IMG/VR virus record: IMGVR_UViG_3300044846_005309
Location: 1 to 64,000 of that record
Direction: 5' to 3' (one strand)
DNA: 64,000 nucleotides
Origin: a virus
Part shown: in pieces, positions 9,147 through 18,524 of the stretch
Numbering within the stretch: the stretch's first letter is position 1
Layout of the letters: each line of letters begins with the position of its first letter
Program-made: the position numbers and the translations under genes
Notes under the pieces: model-generated
The model's database searches: none
What the model was told of the DNA's origin: nothing
What the model saw: the letters and a program-made list of their open reading frames with translations, nothing else

Positions 9147-11618
9147 TTATTGAATTAAGCCTAAGCCTTTATGTATATTAAAACTAAAAATTTGTTCGAG
9201 TTTACCGCCGTCTTTTACCCAGTCAACATTAGAAGAAACATGCTCGGATAAAGTTGTGTAATCGTCATCCCAATTTATTACGCCTTCTGCTTGAGTTAAA
9301 TTAGGGGTAGGGTCGTAAATATAAAACTTATAGTACTGTTTTATGGGAGTTTGTAACCCTGCTCCAAAAAATGCACTTAAAGGATAAGAAGACAACGGGT
9401 ATGTATTAATCGGAAAAGCAGTAGTGGGAAATAAATATTGTAAATTAAGAGCGGTTACTACTGAATACGAAGTAATAAAAGGTACTTCAATAAGTTCAAA
9501 ATACTGAGGGTTAGTTAAACTATTTGCTACTATTTTTTGCCCGGCTGAAACTATAGCTGTATTTATATTATAAGCGGTTAACACTCTACCTAAATTAGTA
9601 TGGGCTGATAGACTAAAGTCTCTATTAAATAAAGAACGAGAGCCCCAAAGTTTACTTTGTGGTATAGAAAACGTATCAAACACTTGTCTTAAAGCAGGCG
9701 GGGAGTTAAAATTATAGTTGTCGTATTCTACTTGCAAAGATTTAGCTATAGAATAAAATTCATTCACATTACATGTTATAGGGTCAGAAACATTAGCTGT
9801 AAAATTAGCTATTTTTTCGTATATTTTAGCTCCAAAATTTTCATCAACTTCTGCGCTAGATCCTGCTACTATAGTTAAATAGCTATCAAAGAATACCGAG
9901 TTTTCATTAATAGTTGGCTGTAGAGCGTATTGTTTTAAAATTGGACCATAATCAAAACCCTCATTAAATTTACGCGAATATAAAGTGTTGTAATAATCGA
10001 TTACTTGTATTGGGGTGCTAGCGCCAGAAACAGGCACTGTAATTATACTACCAGGTACAACTAAAGTATTTGGATTAAAACCGCTTAAAGGACTTGCAGA
10101 TGGGTCTAATACATAGGTTATACCGCCTTCGAGTGTTGAGGTATTAATAGGCGCTATACCTGAAAGTTGCATAGTACCTATTGAGTACGGCGTAACAGTA
10201 GTTTCAAACCAGCCACCTGTATAGTTTCCGACATTATTGTATCGAACAAATACCCCAGACGCAGTATTGCTTAATACTGCTATTGTACCTATAGGGTTTG
10301 CACTTAAAGACAACGGTCTATTATTAAAAGTAACTATAGCTGAATTAGAAGGAGAGCTATTAGCAGAAAGACTAATGTTAACTATATTACCAGTATTAAA
10401 CTCATTAATTAAACCTACATAAGGCAATTGTAGCAAAGGTTTATTGGATAAATACGCTCTTGTATCGGTATAGATAGGGCTATTAACTGTTGTAATAAAC
10501 TTACTTTCAACCTGTGGCCAGTATGTTGTATATAAGGGTAAATAACCGTCAAGAGTAAAAGAAATATGATCTGGTATTAATGCTTGTATGTAGTATTGAC
10601 TAGAAAGAGTTACAGAAGCATTAGAATACGAAGGTAAAGTACCATATTCAAATTTTTGTGGGTTATGTATTTTTTCAGTATTATATATGACCCATAATGT
10701 CGGGGCATTTATACCTGCTGATAAAGTATATACGTAGCCTAAACTACTATCATAAGTAGTTAAAGTAGTTGTATATTGAGAAGGTAGATCGTCAATATAA
10801 TAAAAATATATTGTACCGGTATGTCCTACTAAAACCCCGTTATCTGAACGTGCTCCAGAAGACAAAATACGAACCTCAGTACTTGTTAATGGAGTGTAAG
10901 AAGTAAAAATATTTCCATCATCAGTATCTACACTAGGTACAGTAGTAAACCGCCATTGGGGTCTCAATCTGCTATACTGAGACGGTAAAACTTCAGTAGC
11001 CGGCTGGGAAAAAGATTTTTCAGAATAAAAATCAAAAACAATACTGCTTAGTACTGTATTGTTTATAGTAAAATTAAATGCTAATGGGATAGCACCGCTA
11101 GCAGTACCAGATTTGCATGATTGATAACCATGCCAAACTGCTCCATAGGTACTAGGCGTTCCAGAACTTAAATCTGGCCATGCGGTATAATTCCAGGCAA
11201 GATTATCAGTTAAAAAGTTACCCGCAGTTACAAGTGTAGAAAACGTTATTTGCTGAATACCCGGGCCAATTAAATTAAAATCGGTATTACCTATACGTAA
11301 AAGTAAAGATGAAAGAGGGTCGGTACCTGAACTACCTGAAACTGAGATAGTACTGTTATTAAAATTAAAAGCTCCAAGTTTAACTTCATATATACCAGGC
11401 CAATCATATGTATGTTGTACATTATAACCTAATTGGTATGTACCATCTCCAAACCACCATATTAAATAATATGTTTGTGTTACAGATGCTTCATTAAACC
11501 CTTCATTAGGTATAACGGAACAAGTAAAAGGGGTTGCCTTAGTAAAGCCGCTTAGCGGTAAACTAGAAAGACCCGTTACCGAAATACCTGATATGCTATT
11601 ACTCTGTAATAAAGCCAT
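9147..11618 (-). CDS. Baseplate-associated protein with a PKD-like domain (positional gp7-like candidate)
   Basis: 'WWFGDGT...HTYDWPGIYEVKL' PKD motif; directly downstream of gp6. Confidence 0.65.
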   Translation of the reverse strand: MALLQSNSISGISVTGLSSLPLSGFTKATPFTCSVIPNEGFNEASVTQTYYLIWWFGDGTYQLGYNVQHTYDWPGIYEVKLGAFNFNNSTISVSGSSGTDPLSSLLLRIGNTDFNLIGPGIQQITFSTLVTAGNFLTDNLAWNYTAWPDLSSGTPSTYGAVWHGYQSCKSGTASGAIPLAFNFTINNTVLSSIVFDFYSEKSFSQPATEVLPSQYSRLRPQWRFTTVPSVDTDDGNIFTSYTPLTSTEVRILSSGARSDNGVLVGHTGTIYFYYIDDLPSQYTTTLTTYDSSLGYVYTLSAGINAPTLWVIYNTEKIHNPQKFEYGTLPSYSNASVTLSSQYYIQALIPDHISFTLDGYLPLYTTYWPQVESKFITTVNSPIYTDTRAYLSNKPLLQLPYVGLINEFNTGNIVNISLSANSSPSNSAIVTFNNRPLSLSANPIGTIAVLSNTASGVFVRYNNVGNYTGGWFETTVTPYSIGTMQLSGIAPINTSTLEGGITYVLDPSASPLSGFNPNTLVVPGSIITVPVSGASTPIQVIDYYNTLYSRKFNEGFDYGPILKQYALQPTINENSVFFDSYLTIVAGSSAEVDENFGAKIYEKIANFTANVSDPITCNVNEFYSIAKSLQVEYDNYNFNSPPALRQVFDTFSIPQSKLWGSRSLFNRDFSLSAHTNLGRVLTAYNINTAIVSAGQKIVANSLTNPQYFELIEVPFITSYSVVTALNLQYLFPTTAFPINTYPLSSYPLSAFFGAGLQTPIKQYYKFYIYDPTPNLTQAEGVINWDDDYTTLSEHVSSNVDWVKDGGKLEQIFSFNIHKGLGLIQ

Positions 11619-11620
11619 CT

Positions 11621-13447
11621 TTAGAAGTTAATAATAGATGTTGTTTGGCTTAGTCCTGGTACAATTACAACTCTAGCCATTATTTCCTCTATTTTGTCTA
11701 AATAGATGGTTTGAAATTCGGGTAAGGTGAAAGTTTTAGTAGTTACTGTAATATCTTGTTCCGGATAAGACGGGTTCCACACTATTAAAGACACTCCGTT
11801 TGTAACTACTCCGTTGTTTTCTGTAGTGACTGTTTTAACACCATCAATAGAAAGAATTTGATTAGTTAATGCATTAGGGTTAACTGTTGAACCTAAAACC
11901 GCGCTTATTGGGTCAAAATATGTTGCAAAAACAGTTTTAACTTTATCTTTAATCACTGACGGTATAATTTTAGTGTTATCGTTTAACGTGACAACTAAAG
12001 TAGAACTTGCAACGTCAGTTAAGGTTAGTTGCTGGTATTGAGTACCTACAGAAACGGCTTTGTAAACCGGGTCCATTATAATGACCTGAGATGTAAGCAT
12101 TTTTTTATCTTCTACATTAGAAATAATAAGCTGTTTTTGCGCGGGGGTTAAATAGCTAACGTAATTAACGTTTAGAAGTTTTGTTGCTCTAGGTAAAGCA
12201 TAAACATAAACATTATTAAAATTACAACTATCCGCAAAATTAACTTGGTTGTATAAAACTCTATAATCGCTACCTGGGTTCGTAAGACCTATATCATAAA
12301 GATATTTTATATGGTTAGTAATATAACTGTTATTATTATAAACTTTAACGTCGTTAATAATATTAGCAAAAGCAGATTTTATATAAGATACAAAATCTTT
12401 AGGGGTTACTAAGCGAAACTGAGATTTAAATGAGGCAGGAGCGTATTTGCGTATGTTTTCTACTGTTTCTATAGGCGTATAAGAAGTAGAAAGATTGTCA
12501 TTGGCGTAGTTTAAATAAGCTATACTAACATCAGTGAGTAAAGTTAAATCTGAACTTATTACATCAGCCGTTATTTGATTAAATTGTATAGTGTTATAAA
12601 GAGCTATTTGGCGACCATTTATTGCACCTGTCCCTACTTCTCCTGCGGAGCCGAGTGTTTCTAAATAATAAACTGCAACTATATCGTTAAGTTTTAATTG
12701 GCGGCCGTTAATATCGTCTCCAAATTTAATTTCGTAATTTTTATTTTCATTTAATCTTACTTCAAATTTAGTATCGGCCGCATTTTCTAAATAAAGAGAC
12801 TCTGTACGAGTCCATTGAGACCAGAGCCCAGTATCTATATCTTTTACATAAACATCTATATTAAAATGATCTATAATATTATTATTACCTGGAACTATAA
12901 AAACTATTTCGTTAGATTCTCCTCTAGCGCTATAAAGAGGGTATTCAACATATTTGCCTTGATATAAAAGGTATTGATTACCTACTTCAGTTAAAACTTG
13001 TACTCCCGTTATCGTTTTTGTAAAAGTAATATCAGTATTAAATGAATATGGTGTGTTACCTGCTCTAATAAATGTATAGCGAGGTATAGTATAAGTGTTT
13101 ATATCTAACTGGGATGTAGCTGAAACTGAAAAACTTAATGTAGGGGCTTGGGCTCCAACAGGCGAGTAATTAAGCTGTTTAACAATACGGTTAATGTTTT
13201 CGTACAACTGTGCTTCATTGAACATGCTTTCAGTCGCGGTTTGGTTCATGTAATACATTAACGTATGAAACGAATACGAAATAATATTGTTTATCGCATT
13301 AAGATTAGAACCTTCGTAAGCCTGGTCAGTAAAGAGTTCGCTATTAGATAGCTTTGCACGAATAAATTCTTTTAACGAAACAGCATCAAATGCAACGTAT
13401 TCGTTTTTACCTATATTAAGATCTACTGAATCGTTTGCTGTATTCAT
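11621..13447 (-). CDS. gp6: Baseplate wedge subunit (T4 gp6-like)
   Basis: 'FTDQAYEGSNL...ESMFNEAQLYEN...LNYSP', 'YEIKFGDDINGRQL', 'QFRLVTPKDF'; follows gp25. Confidence 0.9.
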   Translation of the reverse strand: MNTANDSVDLNIGKNEYVAFDAVSLKEFIRAKLSNSELFTDQAYEGSNLNAINNIISYSFHTLMYYMNQTATESMFNEAQLYENINRIVKQLNYSPVGAQAPTLSFSVSATSQLDINTYTIPRYTFIRAGNTPYSFNTDITFTKTITGVQVLTEVGNQYLLYQGKYVEYPLYSARGESNEIVFIVPGNNNIIDHFNIDVYVKDIDTGLWSQWTRTESLYLENAADTKFEVRLNENKNYEIKFGDDINGRQLKLNDIVAVYYLETLGSAGEVGTGAINGRQIALYNTIQFNQITADVISSDLTLLTDVSIAYLNYANDNLSTSYTPIETVENIRKYAPASFKSQFRLVTPKDFVSYIKSAFANIINDVKVYNNNSYITNHIKYLYDIGLTNPGSDYRVLYNQVNFADSCNFNNVYVYALPRATKLLNVNYVSYLTPAQKQLIISNVEDKKMLTSQVIIMDPVYKAVSVGTQYQQLTLTDVASSTLVVTLNDNTKIIPSVIKDKVKTVFATYFDPISAVLGSTVNPNALTNQILSIDGVKTVTTENNGVVTNGVSLIVWNPSYPEQDITVTTKTFTLPEFQTIYLDKIEEIMARVVIVPGLSQTTSIINF

Positions 13448-13448
13448 T

Positions 13449-13892
13449 TTAAGCTAATAAAGAAAAACCTTCTTTGTTAAGTGTTCCCACTACTTGTAAA
13501 TTTTTATTAAGAGACGGCACTGAAATACTTAATGTAATTATATACATTTGCTCGTCAGTATTTAAATCCATATTAACGTTTAGCACTCTTACTCGTGGTT
13601 CATAAATTGAAACTTCTTTAACTATCTTGGCACCTATTAACCGCGCAATAGTTGGGGATACTGGCTCAAACAAGAATTGTAATAGATTTAATCCATAAGT
13701 AGGATTTAATAAGTTTTGACCGGGTAGAGTATTAAACAGAGTTTTGATAGAATTTGTTATGGAAATCATATCATAATCTGCTTTAATATCCGTGTTTACT
13801 GGATTATTAAATTTTAAATCTAAATCTGAATATAAATACTTGTTAGTAGTTATTTCAGTTTTTTTAAAAACATTAAAAGTAATGCTTGCCAT
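13449..13892 (-). CDS. gp25: Baseplate wedge subunit (T4 gp25-like)
   Basis: 'YSDLDL...SITNSIKTLFNTLPGQNLLNPTYG...LFEP...YEPRV' GPW/gp25 motif. Confidence 0.9.
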   Translation of the reverse strand: MASITFNVFKKTEITTNKYLYSDLDLKFNNPVNTDIKADYDMISITNSIKTLFNTLPGQNLLNPTYGLNLLQFLFEPVSPTIARLIGAKIVKEVSIYEPRVRVLNVNMDLNTDEQMYIITLSISVPSLNKNLQVVGTLNKEGFSLLA

Positions 13893-13898
13893 TTTTAA

Positions 13899-13930
13899 TA
13901 CTTAGGAATAGATAATAAAAACCATAAGTA
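13899..13930. promoter_or_regulatory. Divergent pair of late (gp55-type) promoters, TAAGTA
   Basis: tactta at 13899-13904 (- strand, just upstream of the gp25 ATG) and taagta at 13925-13930 (+ strand, upstream of ATG 13945). Confidence 0.65.
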
Positions 13931-13944
13931 ATATTACATATTTT

Positions 13945-14958
13945 ATGAAGAATAGCAAATTCGTTCCTCTCTATGAGACTATCTACAATCGCTTTAAGCA
14001 AGGTCATGGATTCCTTGAGGGGGATGTCGTAAAACTTAAAGACGGTTATAAATCAGTTGATTGTTATAAGGAATTGCCTGAAACTATTAAGCAGCGTTTA
14101 GAAGATATAGCCAAATCTGGCATGAATATGCGCTTAGGCAGACTACACACCCCTCATACTCAGTACGGGGCTCTTGGTCATTTAAGTTTACCTGCTACTC
14201 ACGCTGATTTGTATCAAGAAGTAGCTCCTGGTAACTTCGGCAATTTAGTTACTGTACCTTTGGATATTGTTGAGACTGTTGATACCGGGGTAAACCTACC
14301 TTCAGTTTCTGATGCAGTTAAAGGAGATTCCAAAAACACTACATATCAAAAACCTACCAAAAAGTCTTCAAGAAAAAATCCAGCAACTGACGAACAAACT
14401 AAAGTAGGGGAAGATCAAACCCACGCAAAGAAAGGGGATTATAAGTTACCTGAAAAAAACACTAATAGGCTTCCAGGCGCTAACAAATATAACGACGAAA
14501 AGCCATCTAAGTTTAAAGCATTACCAAAAAATCAAACTAAGCCAAAAACATTAAAAGAAAATGTAGAAGCTCTAGAAAACATTTATATACAAATTCTTAC
14601 TGAAGATACAGCTGTTGCAACCGGGGATGTTTCCGAAACAGAAGACAAATTACTTTTCGGTAAAAGACAAACAGTAGAAGAAAATATGGTAAAACCAGAA
14701 TACTGGAATAGAGAAGCTAAGACCGCTATTGATGAATGCTGGAATGAAGATGGATCATTAAAAAATGAATGCCGTATGGAAGAAAATTCTGAAAAAGTAG
14801 CTTTAGCAAGTAAATTATCCAGACAGGCTTTAGGGCTAGAGATAGATGAAACCGGAGAAGCTTTAACTAAAGAAGCTCCTGTAAAACCAGGTAACCCTAA
14901 CGACCCTTTTTATAACTGGCCGCCTTGGGCTACTACAGAAGCTGAGCCAGAGCAATAA
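13945..14958 (+). CDS. Hypothetical late protein, possible head-internal protein
   Basis: 337-aa ORF; late promoter; N-terminal 'MKNSKFVPLYE' and internal LKE/LTE motifs. Confidence 0.7.
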   Translation: MKNSKFVPLYETIYNRFKQGHGFLEGDVVKLKDGYKSVDCYKELPETIKQRLEDIAKSGMNMRLGRLHTPHTQYGALGHLSLPATHADLYQEVAPGNFGNLVTVPLDIVETVDTGVNLPSVSDAVKGDSKNTTYQKPTKKSSRKNPATDEQTKVGEDQTHAKKGDYKLPEKNTNRLPGANKYNDEKPSKFKALPKNQTKPKTLKENVEALENIYIQILTEDTAVATGDVSETEDKLLFGKRQTVEENMVKPEYWNREAKTAIDECWNEDGSLKNECRMEENSEKVALASKLSRQALGLEIDETGEALTKEAPVKPGNPNDPFYNWPPWATTEAEPEQ

Positions 14959-15877
14959 GACAGCTGAAGAAATTAATTTCTTGATCCATCACTAAAGAAC
15001 TTTTATAGAGACTTTCAGAGACTTGCAGTAATGCAAGTCTTTTTTTATCTTCAGGTAATGAACTTTTATAGACAGCATTAAATAGATCTTTAAGTAGCTT
15101 AGGATAATCATTACCAAACGTCTGCTCACTTTCAATAACAATTTTACGCAAAGACATAAGGTCTTCTCTTTCTAAAACTTTATTTAGAATTTCTTGAGCA
15201 AATTCTTCATTATTAATAGTATCTTTAATGCCTAATTTGCCGTCTATAACGTTACGTTGAACGTAATTAATAATTCTACGCAAATCAGGGTAGTTATAGC
15301 GTATTACTTCTTTAAGACGTTCAACTTGCTCTCCATCAAAAGATATTTGCTCATTTTGGAGAATAAAGACTATTCTTTTAGCATATTCTCTGATAGGGGG
15401 TGTAAAGTCGGTAAAGACCTGACAGCGAGATTGAATGGGCTGAATAATACGATGTAGATAATTACCGGTGAGAATAAAACGAGTATTACCGGCATACTCT
15501 TCCATAACATTACGCAATGCTCTTTGACCAGCGTCAGTGAAATTATCAAATTCATCCAAAAAGATAACTTTAATCTTTCCATCGATACTTTTAGTTTGCG
15601 CAAACGATAAAATAGACGTACGAACCTCGTCAATACCGTTCTTTTCGCTAGCATTAATATATAAATACTGCGCGTCTAAAATTTCATTAACAATTATTTT
15701 AGCGAGTGTGGTTTTACCTGTTCCTGCATTACCTACTAAAAGTAAGTTTGGTATTTCTCCTTTACGTTTACACTCTTCTACAAAAGAGCGCATTGTATCA
15801 GACAAGACCATATCGACCAGTTTAGTTGGTCGATATTTTTCTACCCAAATATTTTTGAGTTGTTCGTTAATAGACAT
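14933..15877 (-). CDS. gp44: Sliding-clamp loader large subunit (T4 gp44/RFC-like)
   Basis: 'WVEKYRP', Walker A GNAGTGKTT, 'LDEFD', 'IQSRC'. Confidence 0.95.
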   Translation of the reverse strand: MSINEQLKNIWVEKYRPTKLVDMVLSDTMRSFVEECKRKGEIPNLLLVGNAGTGKTTLAKIIVNEILDAQYLYINASEKNGIDEVRTSILSFAQTKSIDGKIKVIFLDEFDNFTDAGQRALRNVMEEYAGNTRFILTGNYLHRIIQPIQSRCQVFTDFTPPIREYAKRIVFILQNEQISFDGEQVERLKEVIRYNYPDLRRIINYVQRNVIDGKLGIKDTINNEEFAQEILNKVLEREDLMSLRKIVIESEQTFGNDYPKLLKDLFNAVYKSSLPEDKKRLALLQVSESLYKSSLVMDQEINFFSCLIALAQLL

Positions 15878-16326
15878 TATTTTTTATCAGAAGAGCCAAA
15901 GCCTTTTTCGCCGCGAGCCGACTCAACTACTTGATCAGTCCATTCTACATCTGCTTGAATAAGAGGATAAACAATAAGTTGTGCCACTTTATCCCCGGGC
16001 TTAAAGATTTGATCTTCGGTGCCGAAATTATAGAGCTTAATGCCCATATCTCCACGATAAGGGTTATCAATAATGCCAAAATGCGGAAAAATATGCTTTT
16101 TAAACCCTACACCAGATCGACCTTCAACTCGAATCCAGTAGCCTGGAGTAATATAGCCAAGCTTAAGGCCAACAGGTGCAATAGCCCAGCTCTTCGCAGG
16201 CACGGTAACCTCGCTAACTGCAGTAACGTCTAGACCTGAGTCTCCAACATAAGGATCGTTATGGTTACACTTAGGTAATACTGCTGCATCATGAGTCTTT
16301 ACAAATTTAATAGTTACAGGAAACAT
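15877..16326 (-). CDS. dut: Trimeric dUTPase
   Basis: 'DSGLD', 'GRSG', 'GIIDNPYRG', 'VAQL', 'RGEKGFGSS'. Start reassigned to ATG 16326. Confidence 0.95.
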   Translation of the reverse strand: MFPVTIKFVKTHDAAVLPKCNHNDPYVGDSGLDVTAVSEVTVPAKSWAIAPVGLKLGYITPGYWIRVEGRSGVGFKKHIFPHFGIIDNPYRGDMGIKLYNFGTEDQIFKPGDKVAQLIVYPLIQADVEWTDQVVESARGEKGFGSSDKK

Positions 16327-16383
16327 ATAGATATATAGTAAAGTATAAACTTGATAAATCAATCCTTGCCATAAGTATTCTTA

Positions 16384-16968
16384 ATGAATCCTCCTCTACC
16401 TGATAATCAGCCTTCTGATAATCAGAATGTTATTAATCAGATAGACAATTTTATTGCTGGTTTAAGCAAACCTGCAGATACTACTATTGCAACTGCAGTA
16501 GTTACTAGAACCAGTACTGTTACTACTGCAGAGGAAGTAAAAATCGATGTTCCTAGAACTGATACAGAAATACAAGAATTTATTTTAAAAAACTCTGCTA
16601 AGCTTGCTGAATTAAGTATAAAAAGTGTACAAGAATTACAAAAAGTTACCGTAGCTACTGGAGATCCCGAACAGATGGCTGGGCTTGCAAGTTTAATTAC
16701 GGCCGGGGCGGGAGCAATAGAAGCAATAAACAAAATACATATCCAAAATAAAAAAGCAGAAGTTGCAAAAGATGTTAAAAAACTTGAAATAGAAGGTAAA
16801 AAAGAAATACAGAAAATTAAAAACGACGGCTATCTTAATTTACCTCAAGCTGGTACTAACATATTAATCGCGACTCGAGAAGAAATAATAAAAGAACTAA
16901 CTGGTAAAGTTAAAAATAAGCCTGTTGAAGATGTAATTGAAGTTCCTACGCTAAGTTCAGGTTCTTAA
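16384..16968 (+). CDS. Probable terminase small subunit (T4 gp16-like)
   Basis: Helical core and C-terminal 'TNILIATREEIIKEL' resembling the gp16 'NN.LFVGST.EL.K.L' motif; TAAGTA at 16372-16377. Confidence 0.55.
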   Translation: MNPPLPDNQPSDNQNVINQIDNFIAGLSKPADTTIATAVVTRTSTVTTAEEVKIDVPRTDTEIQEFILKNSAKLAELSIKSVQELQKVTVATGDPEQMAGLASLITAGAGAIEAINKIHIQNKKAEVAKDVKKLEIEGKKEIQKIKNDGYLNLPQAGTNILIATREEIIKELTGKVKNKPVEDVIEVPTLSSGS

Positions 16969-17986
16969 GTTTTTCTTTTATTTTACCTTTTAATTCCGGC
17001 ATATCTTTAATCCAGTCTTCAATTACCGGGCCAAGTTCAGCCTTAAATTTATCTGAGCCTATTTTACTCTTAGTTTCTTCTATACTACCTACTAGTCTAT
17101 CAGCAAGCTCTTTTTCTACTAATTCACTTTTATGTGTAAGGTAGAGTTTATAAAGTATGCCCGCTACAATAAACAGCCCTATAACTACCGCTGCAGTTAT
17201 AATAGCCCACATAGGTAGGGTTGCTATAAAAATACTTAAGCCAAAAGCACCCATAGAAGCTAATGCAAGTACCAAGCTTCGTGTTGCATAAGCTCCAATA
17301 GCCCCTCCTACACCGATACCGACAAATATCTTTATCAGGTATTTTATAAGCTCGGCTTTTTCTTGTTCGTGTTTAAGTCTTTCTTCGAGCTTTGCTTTTT
17401 CTATAGAGTCTTTTTCAGCTTTAGCATCAGCTAAAGCCAACAGGGCGGTAGCTTTATCAGCATTAATATTGTCAAGTTCTTTCTTTTTTGTAATAATTTC
17501 GTTTTGTATTTTCTCTATAGTCTCTTTGTCTGCCTTAGCTTGTTGTAATGCTACATCATATTTTTTCTGTAGATCTTGTAGAGTAGTATTTTTATCGTCA
17601 AGTTCTTTTTTTAACTCTTCATTAACTCGTAGTAATTCCTCTGTAGTTAAATTAGGTAAGCGGGTAACTAGCTCTTTAGATTTAAAATTTAACAATGTAT
17701 CTGGTCTTGTTCTTTGGTCAGTAGGCTTGAGCTCGCTTATCTGTAATATACCATACGCAAGACCTGATGCTTTTTGTAAGTTAGCTGCTTGAGCTGTTTC
17801 TTTTTCTTTTACCTTAGCTTCAATCTCTGTTACCGTCTTTTTAGTTTTTTCATCATACTCTTTAATGAGAGCGGTTTTTTCCTGTTCCCAATGACGCTTT
17901 GATACAAAAGTAAGATTATCAGGTAGTAAATTGCAACCGGTTAAAAATAATAATCCTAATGTTGCAAGTATACCTGTTGTCTTCAT
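16946..17986 (-). CDS. Lipoprotein with a long coiled coil and C-terminal membrane segments (spanin-like candidate)
   Basis: Signal peptide with lipobox 'LLFLTG-C'; charged helical middle; hydrophobic segments at ~aa 213-281. Confidence 0.7.
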   Translation of the reverse strand: MKTTGILATLGLLFLTGCNLLPDNLTFVSKRHWEQEKTALIKEYDEKTKKTVTEIEAKVKEKETAQAANLQKASGLAYGILQISELKPTDQRTRPDTLLNFKSKELVTRLPNLTTEELLRVNEELKKELDDKNTTLQDLQKKYDVALQQAKADKETIEKIQNEIITKKKELDNINADKATALLALADAKAEKDSIEKAKLEERLKHEQEKAELIKYLIKIFVGIGVGGAIGAYATRSLVLALASMGAFGLSIFIATLPMWAIITAAVVIGLFIVAGILYKLYLTHKSELVEKELADRLVGSIEETKSKIGSDKFKAELGPVIEDWIKDMPELKGKIKEKLKNLNLA

Positions 17987-18001
17987 TTAATTACTTACAA
18001 T

Positions 18002-18029
18002 AAAAAAGGGAGAGATTTCTCTCTCCCTT
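18002..18029 (-). terminator. Rho-independent terminator after hsp20
   Basis: aagggagaga-tttc-tctctccctt stem, GAAA loop on the - strand, followed by a U-run. Confidence 0.85.
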
Positions 18030-18050
18030 GGGTATCAATTGGCAGAACGA

Positions 18051-18473
18051 TTAACTAATATCGATAATCTTCTTGCCACCGTTTTCCACTTTGTTTTTAG
18101 GAAATACCAAAGTAAGAACGCCATCTTTTTGTTCAGCCTTAGCTTTATCTAGATTGTAAGAGTTGGCAACTGTGAAGCTGCGACTAAAGGTTTCCTCTTG
18201 TGATCCGCCTTTATGGATCACTTTACGAACTCCTTCAATCGAAACAACTCTACCCTCTACTGAGACGGTTGTTTTATCCTTGGATACCCCGGGAAGATCC
18301 ACCTCTACAGTGAGTTCGTCCCCCTCTTTAAACCTTACAGTGTCCCCTGTACGGCTTACGTCACCCCAAAAGAAAGGGTGTTCGAATGGATCTCTATTGA
18401 AGAATGCATCAATAAGAGATGTTGTAGTTCTATACGTTGTTGGATTACTATTGTAGTTAGTTAGTTTTGTCAT
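18051..18473 (-). CDS. Small heat shock protein (Hsp20)
   Basis: 'VEVDLPGVSK...FSRSF...AKAEQKDGVLTLVFPK' alpha-crystallin motif. Confidence 0.92.
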   Translation of the reverse strand: MTKLTNYNSNPTTYRTTTSLIDAFFNRDPFEHPFFWGDVSRTGDTVRFKEGDELTVEVDLPGVSKDKTTVSVEGRVVSIEGVRKVIHKGGSQEETFSRSFTVANSYNLDKAKAEQKDGVLTLVFPKNKVENGGKKIIDIS

Positions 18474-18524
18474 AGTATGCGCTTGCGCGCAATAATAATT
18501 ATAAAATTAAAACTAAAAAATCAA

